64,000 nucleotides of DNA from Bacillales bacterium. GTDB taxonomy: Bacteria; Bacillota; Bacilli; JARBTR01. The notes below the pieces were generated by a model, which worked only from the letters and a program-made list of their open reading frames with translations, was not told where the DNA came from and searched no databases. Position numbers and translations under genes: made by a program. Shown one piece after another: positions 1 to 11,300 of this stretch. The stretch lies in contig JAVBKF010000119.1 in NCBI GenBank assembly GCA_031554215.1, forward strand, positions 32,612-96,611, in the 5' to 3' direction. Within the stretch, counting starts at the first letter, position 1; the number at the start of each line of letters is the position of its first letter.

Positions 1-2
1 TT

Positions 3-674
3 GTGCCGCTCGATCAACTGCTGATTACGGATGATGGTTTATTTACACCAGATGGTGTTCAGATTGATATTCTGTATCGTCAGACGTACCCAATTGAGCA
101 TTTGGTGAAAGATATTGATGAGGAAACAGGTGACAATATTGGCATTGAACTGCTGGCGTTAGTGGAACAACGGAAACTCGCCATTATTAATCCACCGTCT
201 GCTTTTCTCTTGCAAACAAAAGCATTGCAAGCGTACATATGGGAAATGTATGAAGTGGGTCATCCTTACTTTTCGGACGAAGAAAGGGAATGGATTAAGG
301 CCTATTTCTTGCCTACATATTACAACAGTGACAGGTTCACAGGCATAGCGCACTATGTGAAGAAGCCTTCATTTGGACGCGAAGGTGATACAGTGCAAAT
401 ATTTTCCGCAGATCATGTGGAGGAATTAAGCAATGAACACCGGACTTACGAACATGAAGTACCGATTTATCAGCAGTATGTTGAACTGCCAACGACAACA
501 CTTGAAACGGAAAGAGGGAAGGAAACCCTTTCCTATATTTATGGTTGTTTTGTCCTTGCAGGAGCGCCAAGTGCGATCGGGGTTAGAGCAGGAGAGAAAA
601 TAACCGGAAATGAATCGTATTTCTTACCAGTTGGCTTAGAGAAAAAACAGGAGGTAAATCTGCATGAACTTTGA
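3..674 (+). CDS. glutathionylspermidine-synthase-like protein, C-terminal part (circularly permuted ATP-grasp, YjfC/YgiC-like); 5' end is off the window
   Basis: Open frame from the window edge. The protein resembles GspS-family preATP-grasp/ATP-grasp proteins. A DUF350 membrane gene follows immediately with an 11-nt overlap, as in the E. coli yjfC-yjfL neighbourhood. Confidence 0.55.
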   Translation: MPLDQLLITDDGLFTPDGVQIDILYRQTYPIEHLVKDIDEETGDNIGIELLALVEQRKLAIINPPSAFLLQTKALQAYIWEMYEVGHPYFSDEEREWIKAYFLPTYYNSDRFTGIAHYVKKPSFGREGDTVQIFSADHVEELSNEHRTYEHEVPIYQQYVELPTTTLETERGKETLSYIYGCFVLAGAPSAIGVRAGEKITGNESYFLPVGLEKKQEVNLHEL

Positions 675-1065
675 TTTATTTATTAGCTTTATATTATATT
701 TCTTCTCGGGAATGGCGCTACTCACCTTAGGTATTTTGGTGTTTGAGCTTGGAACAAAGACGAAGGAATTTCAATTAATTAAGATGGGTAACCGTGCTGC
801 AAGCTACGCTTTTGGCGGAAGGATTCTTGGACTTGCTATCGTGTTGTACTCGGCAATTGCCAACTCAGTCGATGTGATGGATATGGTCGTTTGGGGCGTT
901 ATTGCGATTATCGCACAGTTACTTACTTTCTATATTTTTGAATGGGTGACGCCAAACTTTGACGTACATAAAGCCATTGATGAAGATAACCAAGCATTTG
1001 GAATGTTATTAATGTTTGTTTCTCTTGCTATTGGTGTTGTGATTGCAGGCTGTCTAGTGTACTAA
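664..1065 (+). CDS. DUF350 (YjfL-like) small integral membrane protein
   Basis: 133 aa with 4 predicted TM helices. AGGAGG RBS sits 9 nt upstream of the ATG. The start overlaps the upstream GspS-like gene. Confidence 0.6.
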   Translation: MNFDLFISFILYFFSGMALLTLGILVFELGTKTKEFQLIKMGNRAASYAFGGRILGLAIVLYSAIANSVDVMDMVVWGVIAIIAQLLTFYIFEWVTPNFDVHKAIDEDNQAFGMLLMFVSLAIGVVIAGCLVY

Positions 1066-1213
1066 ACAAAATATGTCTACAATGTTGATGTTAGGAAATC
1101 TAGCGTTGAACTGTATCCGCATAGGATGTAGTAGTGGGCTTAAAGCGATGCTTCCTAGAGAGATACATTACTCTAGTAATGGTAGCCGCAGAGAACCAGA
1201 CATCAACAAATAC

Positions 1214-1290
1214 AAAAAAAGAATCCGTATGATCATCAGTGCACGCTTACCCGAGAGGGATGGCCACTAACATCATATGGATTCTTTTTT
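1214..1290. terminator. bidirectional rho-independent terminator (long imperfect hairpin with an A-run on one side and a T-run on the other)
   Basis: The sequence is A7-GAATCCGTATGATCATCAGTG...CACTAACATCATATGGATTC-T6. It lies between convergent genes, the DUF350 gene (+) and the K+ channel gene (-). Confidence 0.65.
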
Positions 1291-1297
1291 CATCTAA

Positions 1298-2089
1298 TTA
1301 ATCAGCTACTTTATGAGCTGCATTTAACATTAGTTTTGAAATGGATTGACGAGAGAGCACGAACTGGTCCACTTTCACATGTCTGAAGTTTTCTTGATGT
1401 TTGACCTTCTGGATTTCGACAATTGTTTGGATATTTTGTTCGTGTAAATGATCGTAGCGTTCAATTGTTGTTGCCACGAGCAATGTGTAACCATCGGCGA
1501 GGTCAGCACTATCAATCCGGTCTGGTGAGAAAATCATGATAGCTGAAGCATCCTTAATATTCGCTTGATCAAGAACTTCAAATTCCGTTGGACTGCCCTT
1601 TACGTAATGAAAGCGCGGATCATCTTTAATCGGTGTTTCGTCAAGATGGCCAATTAACACGACTTCTTTCATTGATTTCTTGTCAGATAAAAGTTCATTC
1701 ACACTGAGCTTAGCTGTCTTTGTCCAGCCGATAATAACATAGTGGTTCTTTCCTGTAAACATAAGTCGTCCCTCCCTTTTTCGCTGATTGTGTCCGGTGA
1801 ATGCTGCGGCAATCTTACCAATTAATGTTCCGAATAAACCGATACCAAAGATGTCTACGACCAGCATGGCGAAAATTTGACCAGCCTGGGTTACTGGTGA
1901 AATATCACCGTACCCAATCGTTGTGATGGTTGTCATCGTCCACCAAAGACCATCCTGCAAAGAGGTAAAAGTTTCTGGTTCAATCAGTGTGATGATATAG
2001 GCACAAGAAAAAATGTAGATGATGGAGACCAGAATAATAAACCGAAGTCTGACATCGACGAGTTTGAAATAAAATCTTTTGAGAAACAT
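1298..2089 (-). CDS. two-TM potassium channel with C-terminal RCK/TrkA-like domain (MthK/YugO-like)
   Basis: Selectivity-filter signature TTIGYGD after two TM helices, followed by a cytoplasmic RCK-like domain. GAGGTG RBS lies 4-5 nt before the ATG. Confidence 0.8.
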   Translation of the reverse strand: MFLKRFYFKLVDVRLRFIILVSIIYIFSCAYIITLIEPETFTSLQDGLWWTMTTITTIGYGDISPVTQAGQIFAMLVVDIFGIGLFGTLIGKIAAAFTGHNQRKREGRLMFTGKNHYVIIGWTKTAKLSVNELLSDKKSMKEVVLIGHLDETPIKDDPRFHYVKGSPTEFEVLDQANIKDASAIMIFSPDRIDSADLADGYTLLVATTIERYDHLHEQNIQTIVEIQKVKHQENFRHVKVDQFVLSRQSISKLMLNAAHKVAD

Positions 2090-2512
2090 AATTCACCTCA
2101 TTTCTAACTTGCATGTATGTAACAGATGTATTTTAGCAGATTTTCACTGATTACAGGAGATTAATTTGTCAGATCGTCCCGAAATCCCGTTAGATAATTA
2201 TCTAATATGCTATCATTCTGAAATCTGCTTCTTCATCGGCGACCCTAGAATTGTGCTATTAGCAGTTGGCTTTTCGGCTTCAATTTAGCCTGATGTCAGC
2301 TTATATGTACTTTAGTATTCCAGATTAGCAATGAAAACATCCCTTAAAAAAGGGGAAGCGAAGTGAACTTCTGTATCAGTGAGTCGATGTGAATTCTTTG
2401 TTCGTAATGTAGACAGAAAAAAGTTTCTAAAGACGATTGACATTGACGTAACGTGAAGGTATATCCTAGTGGTAGACGCATGAATAAATGTTGTCAAAGG
2501 AGGTGTGCACCA

Positions 2513-3271
2513 GTGGAATATACGATTCAGAAATTAGGTCTACTTGCGGGAGTGAGTACGCGGACACTTCGCTATTACGATGAAATTGGGATTCTGAAGC
2601 CAGCCCGAATTAATTCATCAAAATACCGAATATATGGGCAGGAGGAAGTCGATCAGTTGCAGCAAATACTGTTCTACCGTGAACTGGGCGTGGGTTTAGA
2701 GGATATCAAGAAGATTCTACTGTCACCTGATTTCGATGGTGCTCGTGCGCTCAGAGAACATCACCGGCAATTAGTTGAAAAAAGAGCGCAAATTGAGCAA
2801 TTGATTAACAATGTCGTGAAATCAATTGCAACTATAGAAGGGGAGAATAAGATGACAAATCAAGAAAAATTTGAAGGTTTTAAGAAGAAGTTAGTTGATG
2901 ATAATGAGAAAAAATATGGGCAAGAAGTGAGAGCGAAATACGGTGACGAAGTGGTCAATCGTTCAAACGAGAAATTGCTCAAAATGACTGAAGATGATAA
3001 TGAGGCGATTAATCAATTGACCCAGGCGATTCACACGACTTTGGCAGCGGCAATGGAAACAGGTGATCCTGCTGGCGTACTGGCACAGAAAGCAGCGGAC
3101 CTTCACAAGCAGTGGCTCTGCTTCTACTGGGATGGCTATTCCAAAGAGGCCCATGCTGGACTGGGACAAATGTATGTCGATGATGAACGATTTCGTGCTT
3201 ACTATGACAAGGAAACACCGGGAGCTGCGGCGTTCTTGCGCGATGCAATATTGGTCTATGTTGGCGAATAG
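2513..3271 (+). CDS. MerR-family transcriptional regulator with C-terminal TipAS/Mta-like effector domain
   Basis: N-terminal MerR HTH (IQKLGLLAGVSTRTLRYYDEIGIL) and a long coiled linker. A GTG start at 2513 is preferred over the in-frame ATG at 2453 because AAGGAGG lies 10 nt upstream of the GTG. Confidence 0.75.
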   Translation: MEYTIQKLGLLAGVSTRTLRYYDEIGILKPARINSSKYRIYGQEEVDQLQQILFYRELGVGLEDIKKILLSPDFDGARALREHHRQLVEKRAQIEQLINNVVKSIATIEGENKMTNQEKFEGFKKKLVDDNEKKYGQEVRAKYGDEVVNRSNEKLLKMTEDDNEAINQLTQAIHTTLAAAMETGDPAGVLAQKAADLHKQWLCFYWDGYSKEAHAGLGQMYVDDERFRAYYDKETPGAAAFLRDAILVYVGE

Positions 3272-3343
3272 TATCAGCAGAAAGTCTTACGCACGCTAGG
3301 TATCCTACTAGCATCGTGATTGAATAAGTAAATGAACGATCCT

Positions 3344-3400
3344 AAAAGGGCCCTGCTAGCCCAGGTGCGTGATGACACACACGGGCTAGCAGGGCTCTTT
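3344..3400. terminator. bidirectional rho-independent terminator
   Basis: GGGCCCTGCTAGCCC...GGGCTAGCAGGGCTC GC-rich stem flanked by A/T runs. It sits between convergent genes, the MerR gene (+) and the glutathione peroxidase gene (-). Confidence 0.7.
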
Positions 3401-3451
3401 ACTATTTCTGGCAGTCTATAGGGCAGTACTATAGGCAGTTAGTCTCTTTTG

Positions 3452-3928
3452 TTATAACAGGCGTTCAATATCGGCAGCAATCTTTGCTGGTTTGGTCTGC
3501 GGGGCGTAGCGCTTGATGATCTTTCCATTTCGGTCAACTAAGAACTTCGTGAAATTCCATTTGATCTTCTTTAGCCCAAAAGTCCCCTTTTTCTCAGAGG
3601 TCAGATACTTGAATAATGGATCAGCCTGCTCACCATTGACGTCAATTTTTGCGAAAATAGGAAACGCTACGCCGTAGTTCATCGTGCAAAACGATTCTGT
3701 TTCTGCTGCATCTGCATATTCTTGATTGGCAAATTGACTGCATGGAAATCCTAGGATGGAGAAACCTGCGGGTTCATACGTCTTATAAAGTGCTTGTAAT
3801 CCCTCAAACTGGGGCGTTAGCCCGCATTTACTCGCTGTATTGACAATTAATAGCACTTTTCCCTTATAAGTTTCAAGTGGTACTGCTACGTGACTGCTTT
3901 TTTTGACTGTAAATTGGTAAATAGACAT
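3452..3928 (-). CDS. bsaA: glutathione peroxidase (BsaA/Gpx family)
   Basis: Conserved Gpx block LIVNTASKCGLTPQFEGLQALY around the catalytic Cys. The start was moved to the internal Met (MSIYQF) because GAGG lies 7 nt upstream. Confidence 0.9.
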   Translation of the reverse strand: MSIYQFTVKKSSHVAVPLETYKGKVLLIVNTASKCGLTPQFEGLQALYKTYEPAGFSILGFPCSQFANQEYADAAETESFCTMNYGVAFPIFAKIDVNGEQADPLFKYLTSEKKGTFGLKKIKWNFTKFLVDRNGKIIKRYAPQTKPAKIAADIERLL

Positions 3929-4081
3929 GGTACACCTCTTCATTTCTTAGATTAACCTTTATTTTGATGAAATAAGCTCTGGTTTTTCGCATATATAAAG
4001 CTTACGCGATCTTTCATTCTTTATGATGAAGCTGGTTTCAGAGGGGAGAATAATGGCAGATTGCTCGCTGTATAAATAGAT

Positions 4082-4096
4082 ATTGTATGGTACAAT
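4082..4096. promoter_or_regulatory. 15-bp perfect palindrome ATTGTA-TGG-TACAAT in the ferritin/bsaA divergent promoter region; candidate operator that also reads as an extended -10 (TGgTACAAT)
   Basis: Seen directly in the sequence. It lies about 40 nt upstream of the ferritin start and about 155 nt upstream of bsaA on the other strand. Both genes are typically peroxide- or iron-regulated in Bacilli. Confidence 0.3.
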
Positions 4097-4135
4097 GTGA
4101 GACAAAGAAATAGCTAACTCGAAAGGAGTATTTTT

Positions 4136-4651
4136 ATGATGAAGGAATCAATTACCACTATTTTATCACAACAAGTGAATGCAGAGTACTATTCGGCGTA
4201 TTTGTATCTGGCAATGGCAACTGATTGTGACCGGAAGGGACTTAAAGGATTTTCACGCTGGTTATTTTTGCAGGCGCAAGAAGAGTTGTCGCATGGCACA
4301 AAGATTTATCAATATATTCTAGAAAGAGGCGGCACACCAACATTTTCAGATATTAAAGTAGCGCCAAAGACAGAATGGGATTCCTTAATCAGTCTTTTTG
4401 AAGAAGTCTATGCGCATGAGCAAAAGGTAACTGAAATGATTCATGAGATTGCTTCGCTATCAATGCAGGAAAAGGACCATTCGACGTATTCATTCAATCA
4501 ATGGTTCATTAATGAGCAGGTTGAAGAGGAAGCCAGTGCAGATGAAATCTTGCAAACACTCCGCTATGTAAAGGAAGACCCGGCATCTGTATTTCACTTG
4601 GATCGTGAGCTCGGTGTACGGACATTGACACCTGAACCGGAAGTAGAATAA
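4136..4651 (+). CDS. ftn: bacterial non-heme ferritin (Ftn, ferritin-like diiron domain)
   Basis: 171 aa with ferritin ferroxidase-centre residues (E..EELSHG...QE motif pattern). AAAGGAG RBS lies 8 nt upstream. Confidence 0.8.
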   Translation: MMKESITTILSQQVNAEYYSAYLYLAMATDCDRKGLKGFSRWLFLQAQEELSHGTKIYQYILERGGTPTFSDIKVAPKTEWDSLISLFEEVYAHEQKVTEMIHEIASLSMQEKDHSTYSFNQWFINEQVEEEASADEILQTLRYVKEDPASVFHLDRELGVRTLTPEPEVE

Positions 4652-4724
4652 CGATATTTTGTAGCGTAGCTTTTTATTGTAGGCGGCTGAGCTAGAAATC
4701 GGCCTGTGGAAACCCCAGTTCCCC

Positions 4725-4769
4725 AAAAAATGAAGAATCATCCAGATGGGATGTGATTCTTCATTTTTT
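4725..4769 (+). terminator. rho-independent terminator of the ferritin gene
   Basis: AAAAAATGAAGAATCA...TGATTCTTCA stem followed by TTTTTTG. Confidence 0.75.
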
Positions 4770-5399
4770 GTTTTGACAATTTAAAAGTGGGAACGATGTT
4801 GCTAAACAGCAAGGTACGGCAGTTTTTTGTGCATCTATGTCTATAATGTTATGCCTAAAAGGTATTTATTTGTTAAACGAATTATCCAGTGTCAGCAGAA
4901 TGAAGCTGATTGCGGCATTATTTTTTTGGTACTGGTTTATTTAACAACGTGAAAATGGTTACGTACCCCCGTTTTTAGGACATGCTCTTATGAGTGCCTT
5001 AACGTGCGAAGTACCGCGAACGAGTGGATCGATGCAGGTTATCCCACATCTGCGTAAATCATCGTTGTCACAAACAATCGCTACGTCCTAAAAGCGGTTG
5101 ATGATATTGTTTAGGATTCATTTCAATTACATAAGAATCATCGGGGATTAGCCCTGATCTCACGTCGTTTTTCAGTTAGAACCGTCAAATTTTTATAATT
5201 TGTCGCAGTTTCGGGTAACTTAACATTAGTTTATTTGAAATCTCTCTGTTGGTGGGAGCAGTGTAGTCGCAGGATGTTATTGACCGTTTCTTTTATCTTT
5301 CCTGTCTGCTTTCACTTGTCCAGCTGATTTGTGATGTACATTATGTTGGCCTTATCCATACTATTTTAAAAAGAGGCACAAGGCTATTTCGGAGGAAAA
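4770..5399 (+). promoter_or_regulatory. about 630 nt ORF-free leader upstream of the giant glucan-synthase-like gene, containing a 13-bp long-range helix (4969-4981 pairing with 5085-5097) that encloses about 100 nt; candidate cis-regulatory RNA
   Basis: No ORF of 60 aa or more on either strand. CCGTTTTTAGGAC pairs with GTCCTAAAAGCGG with one G-U wobble. A further hairpin ATCGGGGattagCCCTGAT lies at about 5148-5170. Confidence 0.3.
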
Positions 5400-8300
5400 A
5401 TGACATATTTCATAGAAAATTTGCGTGAGGATGCCCGAAAGTTGGCTTTAACTCGAATTAGTGGCAAGAAAAAGTTGTCGGTCAGGTTATTTTTGACGGA
5501 TTTTAATCAAGATATGGCTAGTCTTCATCAGTTCGCTGACACGCTCCAAGAAAATCCAGCGAGCTGTGGGCAATTAGCGGAAAATTGGCTCCTAGATAAC
5601 GGTGAATTTATTGATGAACAAGCATTTGAAGTGTCGACAAATTTAAGCAATGCGCTACTGGATAGATTGCCTTGTTTAGATTCTGGTGCGCTCCGAATTC
5701 AATCAATTGTCAGTGGTTATTTGACGTGTGTTGATGGCGTGATTAGCGATGAATCATTGATTGCTTATATCAATGCATATCAAGAAATATCGGCACTCAC
5801 GATTGCGGAGATTAGAACGATTCCATTAGTTCTCCGAGCGGCATTAATCCACCGTTTTGCTGAAATGATGCAGGAACTAAGGGTTCGTAAAGAAATCTGT
5901 CATGATGTCGATCAATTTATGGCACAGCTTGATACTCAGGCGTTATCTTCAGCGGTGATTAACGAGGCACTTGATCGTGCTGGACAGAAAGTGCCATTAT
6001 CAGGAGCCTGGATTGTTCATTTGATTAGTCATTTGCGTGAATTTGCAGATGATAATGAGATGGTCAACGAATGGCTAAGTTGTCGTTTTGAAAATCAAGG
6101 TGACCTGAACAAAATTGTTTCTTATGAGCATGACCTGCAGTCGAGTTATCAAATGGTCGCAGGCAATTTAATCACCAGTCTGCGTAAAAATGAGCGCCGG
6201 GCTTGGGATGATATTTTTTCCAACATCAGTGTTATTGATCGGATTTTTCATGATGAGCCAACTAGTGTTTACCGTGAGATGGATCAAGAAAGTCGTAATC
6301 AATTATTAAATAAAGTGGAACTTCTTGGGCAGAAGCTGTATGTGCCCGAGCGGCTGATTGCGGAACGAGTCGTTCAGCTTGCAAGTGATGAAGTGACAAA
6401 TGAAAAGATGCGTAAGCGCATGCCGAGAAGCTATTCTCGCCAAACGTTCATTGCTTATTATCTTTGCGAAGATAAGGGCGTTAAAATACTTGCTCGGTCA
6501 CTAAAGAATTGTTGTAATCCGAAAGCACCAGCACCAAATCTCACACCAAAGTCGGAAAAGAACTATTTCATCTATCTAACTGGCTTCACGGTTGTATTCG
6601 CACTGATGTTTACGCTATGGCTTAGCTACGGTAAAACACATTTAATTGCCGAGTGGCTACTGATTATTTCAGCTGCCTGCTTCTTAGCAGGTGAATGGAT
6701 GGTGACTTGGTTACACACCTCTATTGAACTGACGGTAAAACCAGAACCGTTGTTACGCTATGATTTTGCAAATGGTATTCCTGACGATGCGAAGACCTTA
6801 GTGACGATTCCTGTCATTTGGTCTACGAATGAGGAAGTATCCGAGACTGCTGAGCGGTTGGAACTACATTATCTCAGTTGTCGTGATGACCATATTTATT
6901 TTGCGTTGTTAGGCGATTTTGTTGATTCAGATCAAGAAGGAATGACGGAGAAAGATCGCCATTTATACGCATTCGCGAAGGAGACAATTGCCCAGTTAAA
7001 CGCCAAATATCCGAAGGAGAACGGTCATTTTTTTCATCTCTTTCAACGGATGCGGTCTCACAATGAACGTGATGGTATTTTCATGGGCTGGGAGCGCAAG
7101 CGAGGTAAGTTGATCGAATTTGTTGAGATGATTCATGGTAAACAGGATACTCATTTTCAGCAAGGGGAACTTAGCTCAGCAAACGAGTTGCCAAGTTATT
7201 TACACGATATTCGCTACATCATTACGCTCGATGCCGATACGGAGCTACCGATGGGTAATGCGCATCGGATGATTGCGTCAATGCATCTCCCGTTTAATCG
7301 TCCGCGCTTAAATGCGAAATGTTCGAGGGTAATAGAAGGTTATGCGATGATGCAGCCACGCGTTGCTGTTAGTTTAGAATCTTCACGGCAGTCAAAGCTG
7401 ACATCATTTTGGACGGATGCTGGGCTAGATCCCTATGCATTTGCCGCGGCAGATCCCTATCAGGATGCAGTCGGTCATGGGATTTTTACCGGAAAGGGAA
7501 TTTTTGAAATAGAGACGTTTGGTTTGTTGCTTAGTAATCGGTTTCCAGATAATCAGATACTAAGCCATGATTTACTGGAAGGTTCATTCCTGCGAGCTGG
7601 ATTTCTTTCTGATATTGAATTAATTGATGCACATCCGAATAAATTTAGTGCTTATCAAAAGCGGATGCACCGGTGGGTCCGCGGTGATTGGCAACTGGTT
7701 AAATGGTTGTTTCCCACTGTGCGTAATCGTGCCAATCAGAAGGAGAAGACGGAGCTAGCCGCGATTAGTCGTTGGCAAATTATTGAGAATTTACGGCGAA
7801 GTTTATTGCCGATTGCTTATTATCTATTACTGGTGATTGCGATATTTGTTTTTTCAGGGATGACGGGTATTTGGCTGAGTTTGATCTTCTTGTCTATGTC
7901 CTTGCCAATCCTAAAACAAATTAGCAGTATGTTTGAAGGTGGGCGCATGAGCAAAGGATTCGTCAATACGGTTCTGCAAGTGCTGATTAATTTTTGGATA
8001 CTCCCATTTCAGGCAGCTGTCGTTGTCCATGCGGTCAGTGTCAGTCTCTACCGTCAGTTAATTAGCAAGAAGCATTTACTCGAATGGACTAGTTCTTCTC
8101 ATATTGAAAAAATGCAACATCGTTCAGACCAAAGGACTCTGGAGGGAATAACTGGTGGTTATACGCTCATCATTCTCTTTAGCGTCTTAACATTCATCTA
8201 CCAGCCATTCATTCCGTTCGTTTTCTGTTTAGCGTTATGCCTTTTTTGGGCACTTGCGCCCCTTGGTATGCGCTACCTAGATCGACCGACCCCGCAGGAA

Positions 8301-11300
8301 GAACTAACGATTGCAGATGAGGACCGTGCGATATTGCTGTCCCTTGCGGAGGATATTTGGCGTTTCTATGAAGAATTCGCTGATGAAGAAAATCATTGGT
8401 TGCCACCCGATAATGTTCAATTCGATCCAGATAAGGGTGCTGCTAACCGGACTTCACCTACGAATATTGGTTATCTGTTTACGGCAATTTTGGCTGCTGA
8501 ACAATTTGGCTTTATTTCGATAACCGATGTTGTACAAAAGATTGAACGTGTGCTACAAACGCTCAAACAGATGCAGAAATGGAATGGTCATTTGTTTAAC
8601 TGGTATGACACGATTTCACTTACACCGCTTGCCCCGAGATATGTATCGACAGTTGATTCAGGTAACTTTGTTGCTAGTCTGATGGCGACGAAACAAGGGC
8701 TAGATGTACTCAGAGAAACAAAGGCGGAAGAAGCAACTGCTGAACGCTTAGCGCTACTAAGCGAAGCGTTGGAACAACTCATTTCCGCTACTAATTTTCG
8801 GGCACTTTACAATGAAAAGGCTAAATTATTTGTGCTTGGCTACAATGATGTTGCCAGTAGACATGATGATATCCTATATGATTTATTGGCCTCAGAGGCA
8901 AGGCAAACGAGCTTTGTGGCCATTGCGCTTGGCCAGGTTCCCGTGAGTCACTGGATGGCACTGGGAAGGTCAACGAAGCGGCTCGGAAATCATATGGCAC
9001 TACTTTCTTGGTCTGGAACAATGTTTGAATATTTAATGCCATGGCAGTTATTGCGGACATTTGCTGGTACAGTTTGGGAAAGCACCTATAAAGGCATTGT
9101 TGGACAGCAGATTGATTATGCACATGCGCAAGGTGTTCCTTTTGGGATATCGGAATCTGGTTACTACGGATTCGATTTTCAAATGAACTATCAATATTAT
9201 GCATTTGGCGTCCCCGATACGGGTTTTAAACGTGGGCTTGGAGATGAGCTTGTGTTAGCGCCTTATGCGACCATTATGGCGTTACCTTTTGCTTTGGAAG
9301 CGGGTCTACGAGACCTCGGGCGCATGGCGAAACTCGGTGCAAGAGGCAAATATGGCTTCTTTGAAGCAATTGACTTCACAAAGAAGCGTATGCCAGAAGA
9401 TGAAGATTATATGATTGTTAAAAGCTGTATGGCACACCATCAAGGAATGAGTTTGTTAACCCTCGTTAATTTATTGCATCAAAATAAGATGGTAGAATTG
9501 TTCCATCGTGATATGCGGGTGCGTTCAGCGGAGTTGTTACTGAAAGAGCGTATACCAACAAAAGCATCGAAAATTCACGAGCATGTCAGCCATGAAGAGA
9601 AGAAACAGACCCAGAAGAAAGCACAGCACCATTATAAGCGCCGCTATGAGAGTGCTGAAATGCCAGTTGATGTGAATATCCATTCCAATGGACGACTAAC
9701 TTCCCTTGTGACGACACAAGGTGCCGGGTTCTTACAATTTGATGGCGTGGCTATCACCAGATGGCGTGAACAAAGTCCGCTAAGTTGGGGGAATTTCCTT
9801 TACATCCGTGATGTAGACAGTGGTGAAACTTGTTCACCAACATTTGAACCTTGCCAAAAACCGGCTCGGAAAATGAGTACACAATTTGCACTTGGGCATT
9901 CAAGCTTCTCACAAGAATCAGATAGTCTGCAAACAACGATGGAAATTTGTATTTCGCCAGAAGCTGATGTTGAATTTCGGAAATTTACGATCACGAATCT
10001 GCATCATGAAGAAAGGGCGCTCGAGCTGACAACTTTTGCAGAGCTTGCGTTAGCACCTATGCAGGCAGATGAAGCCCATCAAGCTTTTAGTAAGCTGTTT
10101 ATTGAGACGGATTATGATGTCGGTCACAATTGTTTACTTGCAAGAAAACGACCGCGGCACCAACAGGAAAACGGTCTTTGGGCGTATCATACGATGGCGC
10201 TCATCTCAAATGAACAGTCTGCTACAGAAGTAGAACGCAGGCAGATGGAACATGAAACGGATCGTCACTGGTTCATTGGTAGGGGGTATTCTGGGGGACA
10301 CCCGAGGGGACTCTTGGAGCCGTTAAAAGGAACGACAGGTGCTGTAGTTGATCCAGCGTTTATTATGCGGAAGTCTTTGAACCTGCGGCCAAATGAAACG
10401 GCGACACTGATCATTTTGACTGGAGCGACTGACAGCCGGGCGGCGGCGCTAGAAGCTGTCCAGAAATATACTGATGCCGATCAGGTAGAAGCGGCTTTCC
10501 GTTTGTCTTGGACACGAGGGCAAATTGAGCTCCGCCATTTCAGATTGACACAACAAGAGATTGCAACGTTCCAACAGCTTGTTGGGAAAGTATTGTTCAC
10601 GAATCACACTTCTGAAGAACGTAGGCAAGCAATTGTTGCCAATAAACTTGGTCAGAAAAGCCTTTGGTCCATTGGGATTTCGGGCGATAGGCCAATTGTA
10701 TTAATCCGGATTCCTGACACATCGTCACTAACACTAGTGAAGAAATTACTGACTTGTCACGAGTATTTGCGGAACATGGGTCTTCGTTACTCATTCGTAT
10801 TTTTAAACGAAACAGAAGAAGGTTATCAACAAGATGTGCAGAATATGCTCAATCGTTTAGTTGAAAAAGCGGTTGAAGGGGAACAAAGTGACGCAGGACG
10901 GATTCATGTTGTCACGGCAAAGTTGTTAGATCCTGCAGTTAAAACATTGCTAGTTGCAATGGCTAGGATTACCTTTGAAGCCAATGGTCCGAGTCTAAAG
11001 TCTCAGCTTCATATTGGCAGAAAAAACCCAAGCAAATACCGGATGAAAAGCTGCACGGCAAATGCCAGCGCTAGAAAAGAAGCTGTATTAGCTAATCAAA
11101 CAGAAGCTGGATTTGGAGTTCCTGATCCGAAAGCGAAACCAGGTGGCCGCGGTTATTATCATGAAGGCGTAGCAGTTTCAGAAGCGAAACCGTTCGCTAC
11201 GCAAACCAAAATCGCAGCAATGAGTGAAAGTCAAGATGAAGCAAGCGAAACTGTCCACAATGGTAAAGACGAGCTCCTATTTTACAATGGCTATGGTGGA

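Noticed and set aside
1073-1270. 65-aa ORF between the DUF350 gene and the K+ channel gene
   Set aside because: It overlaps the long bidirectional terminator hairpin and has no RBS. The region is better explained as a structured 3' UTR and terminator.
2453-2512. Upstream in-frame ATG start for the MerR regulator (ORF-track start 2453)
   Set aside because: No RBS precedes the ATG at 2453, whereas AAGGAGG precedes the GTG at 2513. Also, MerR HTH domains begin within a few residues of the N-terminus.
4773-4801. TTGACA hexamer right after the ferritin terminator as a promoter for the long leader
   Set aside because: The sequence 17 nt downstream (ATGTTG) is a very poor -10 hexamer. A better TATAAT at about 4843 lacks a properly spaced -35. 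I report no confident promoter.
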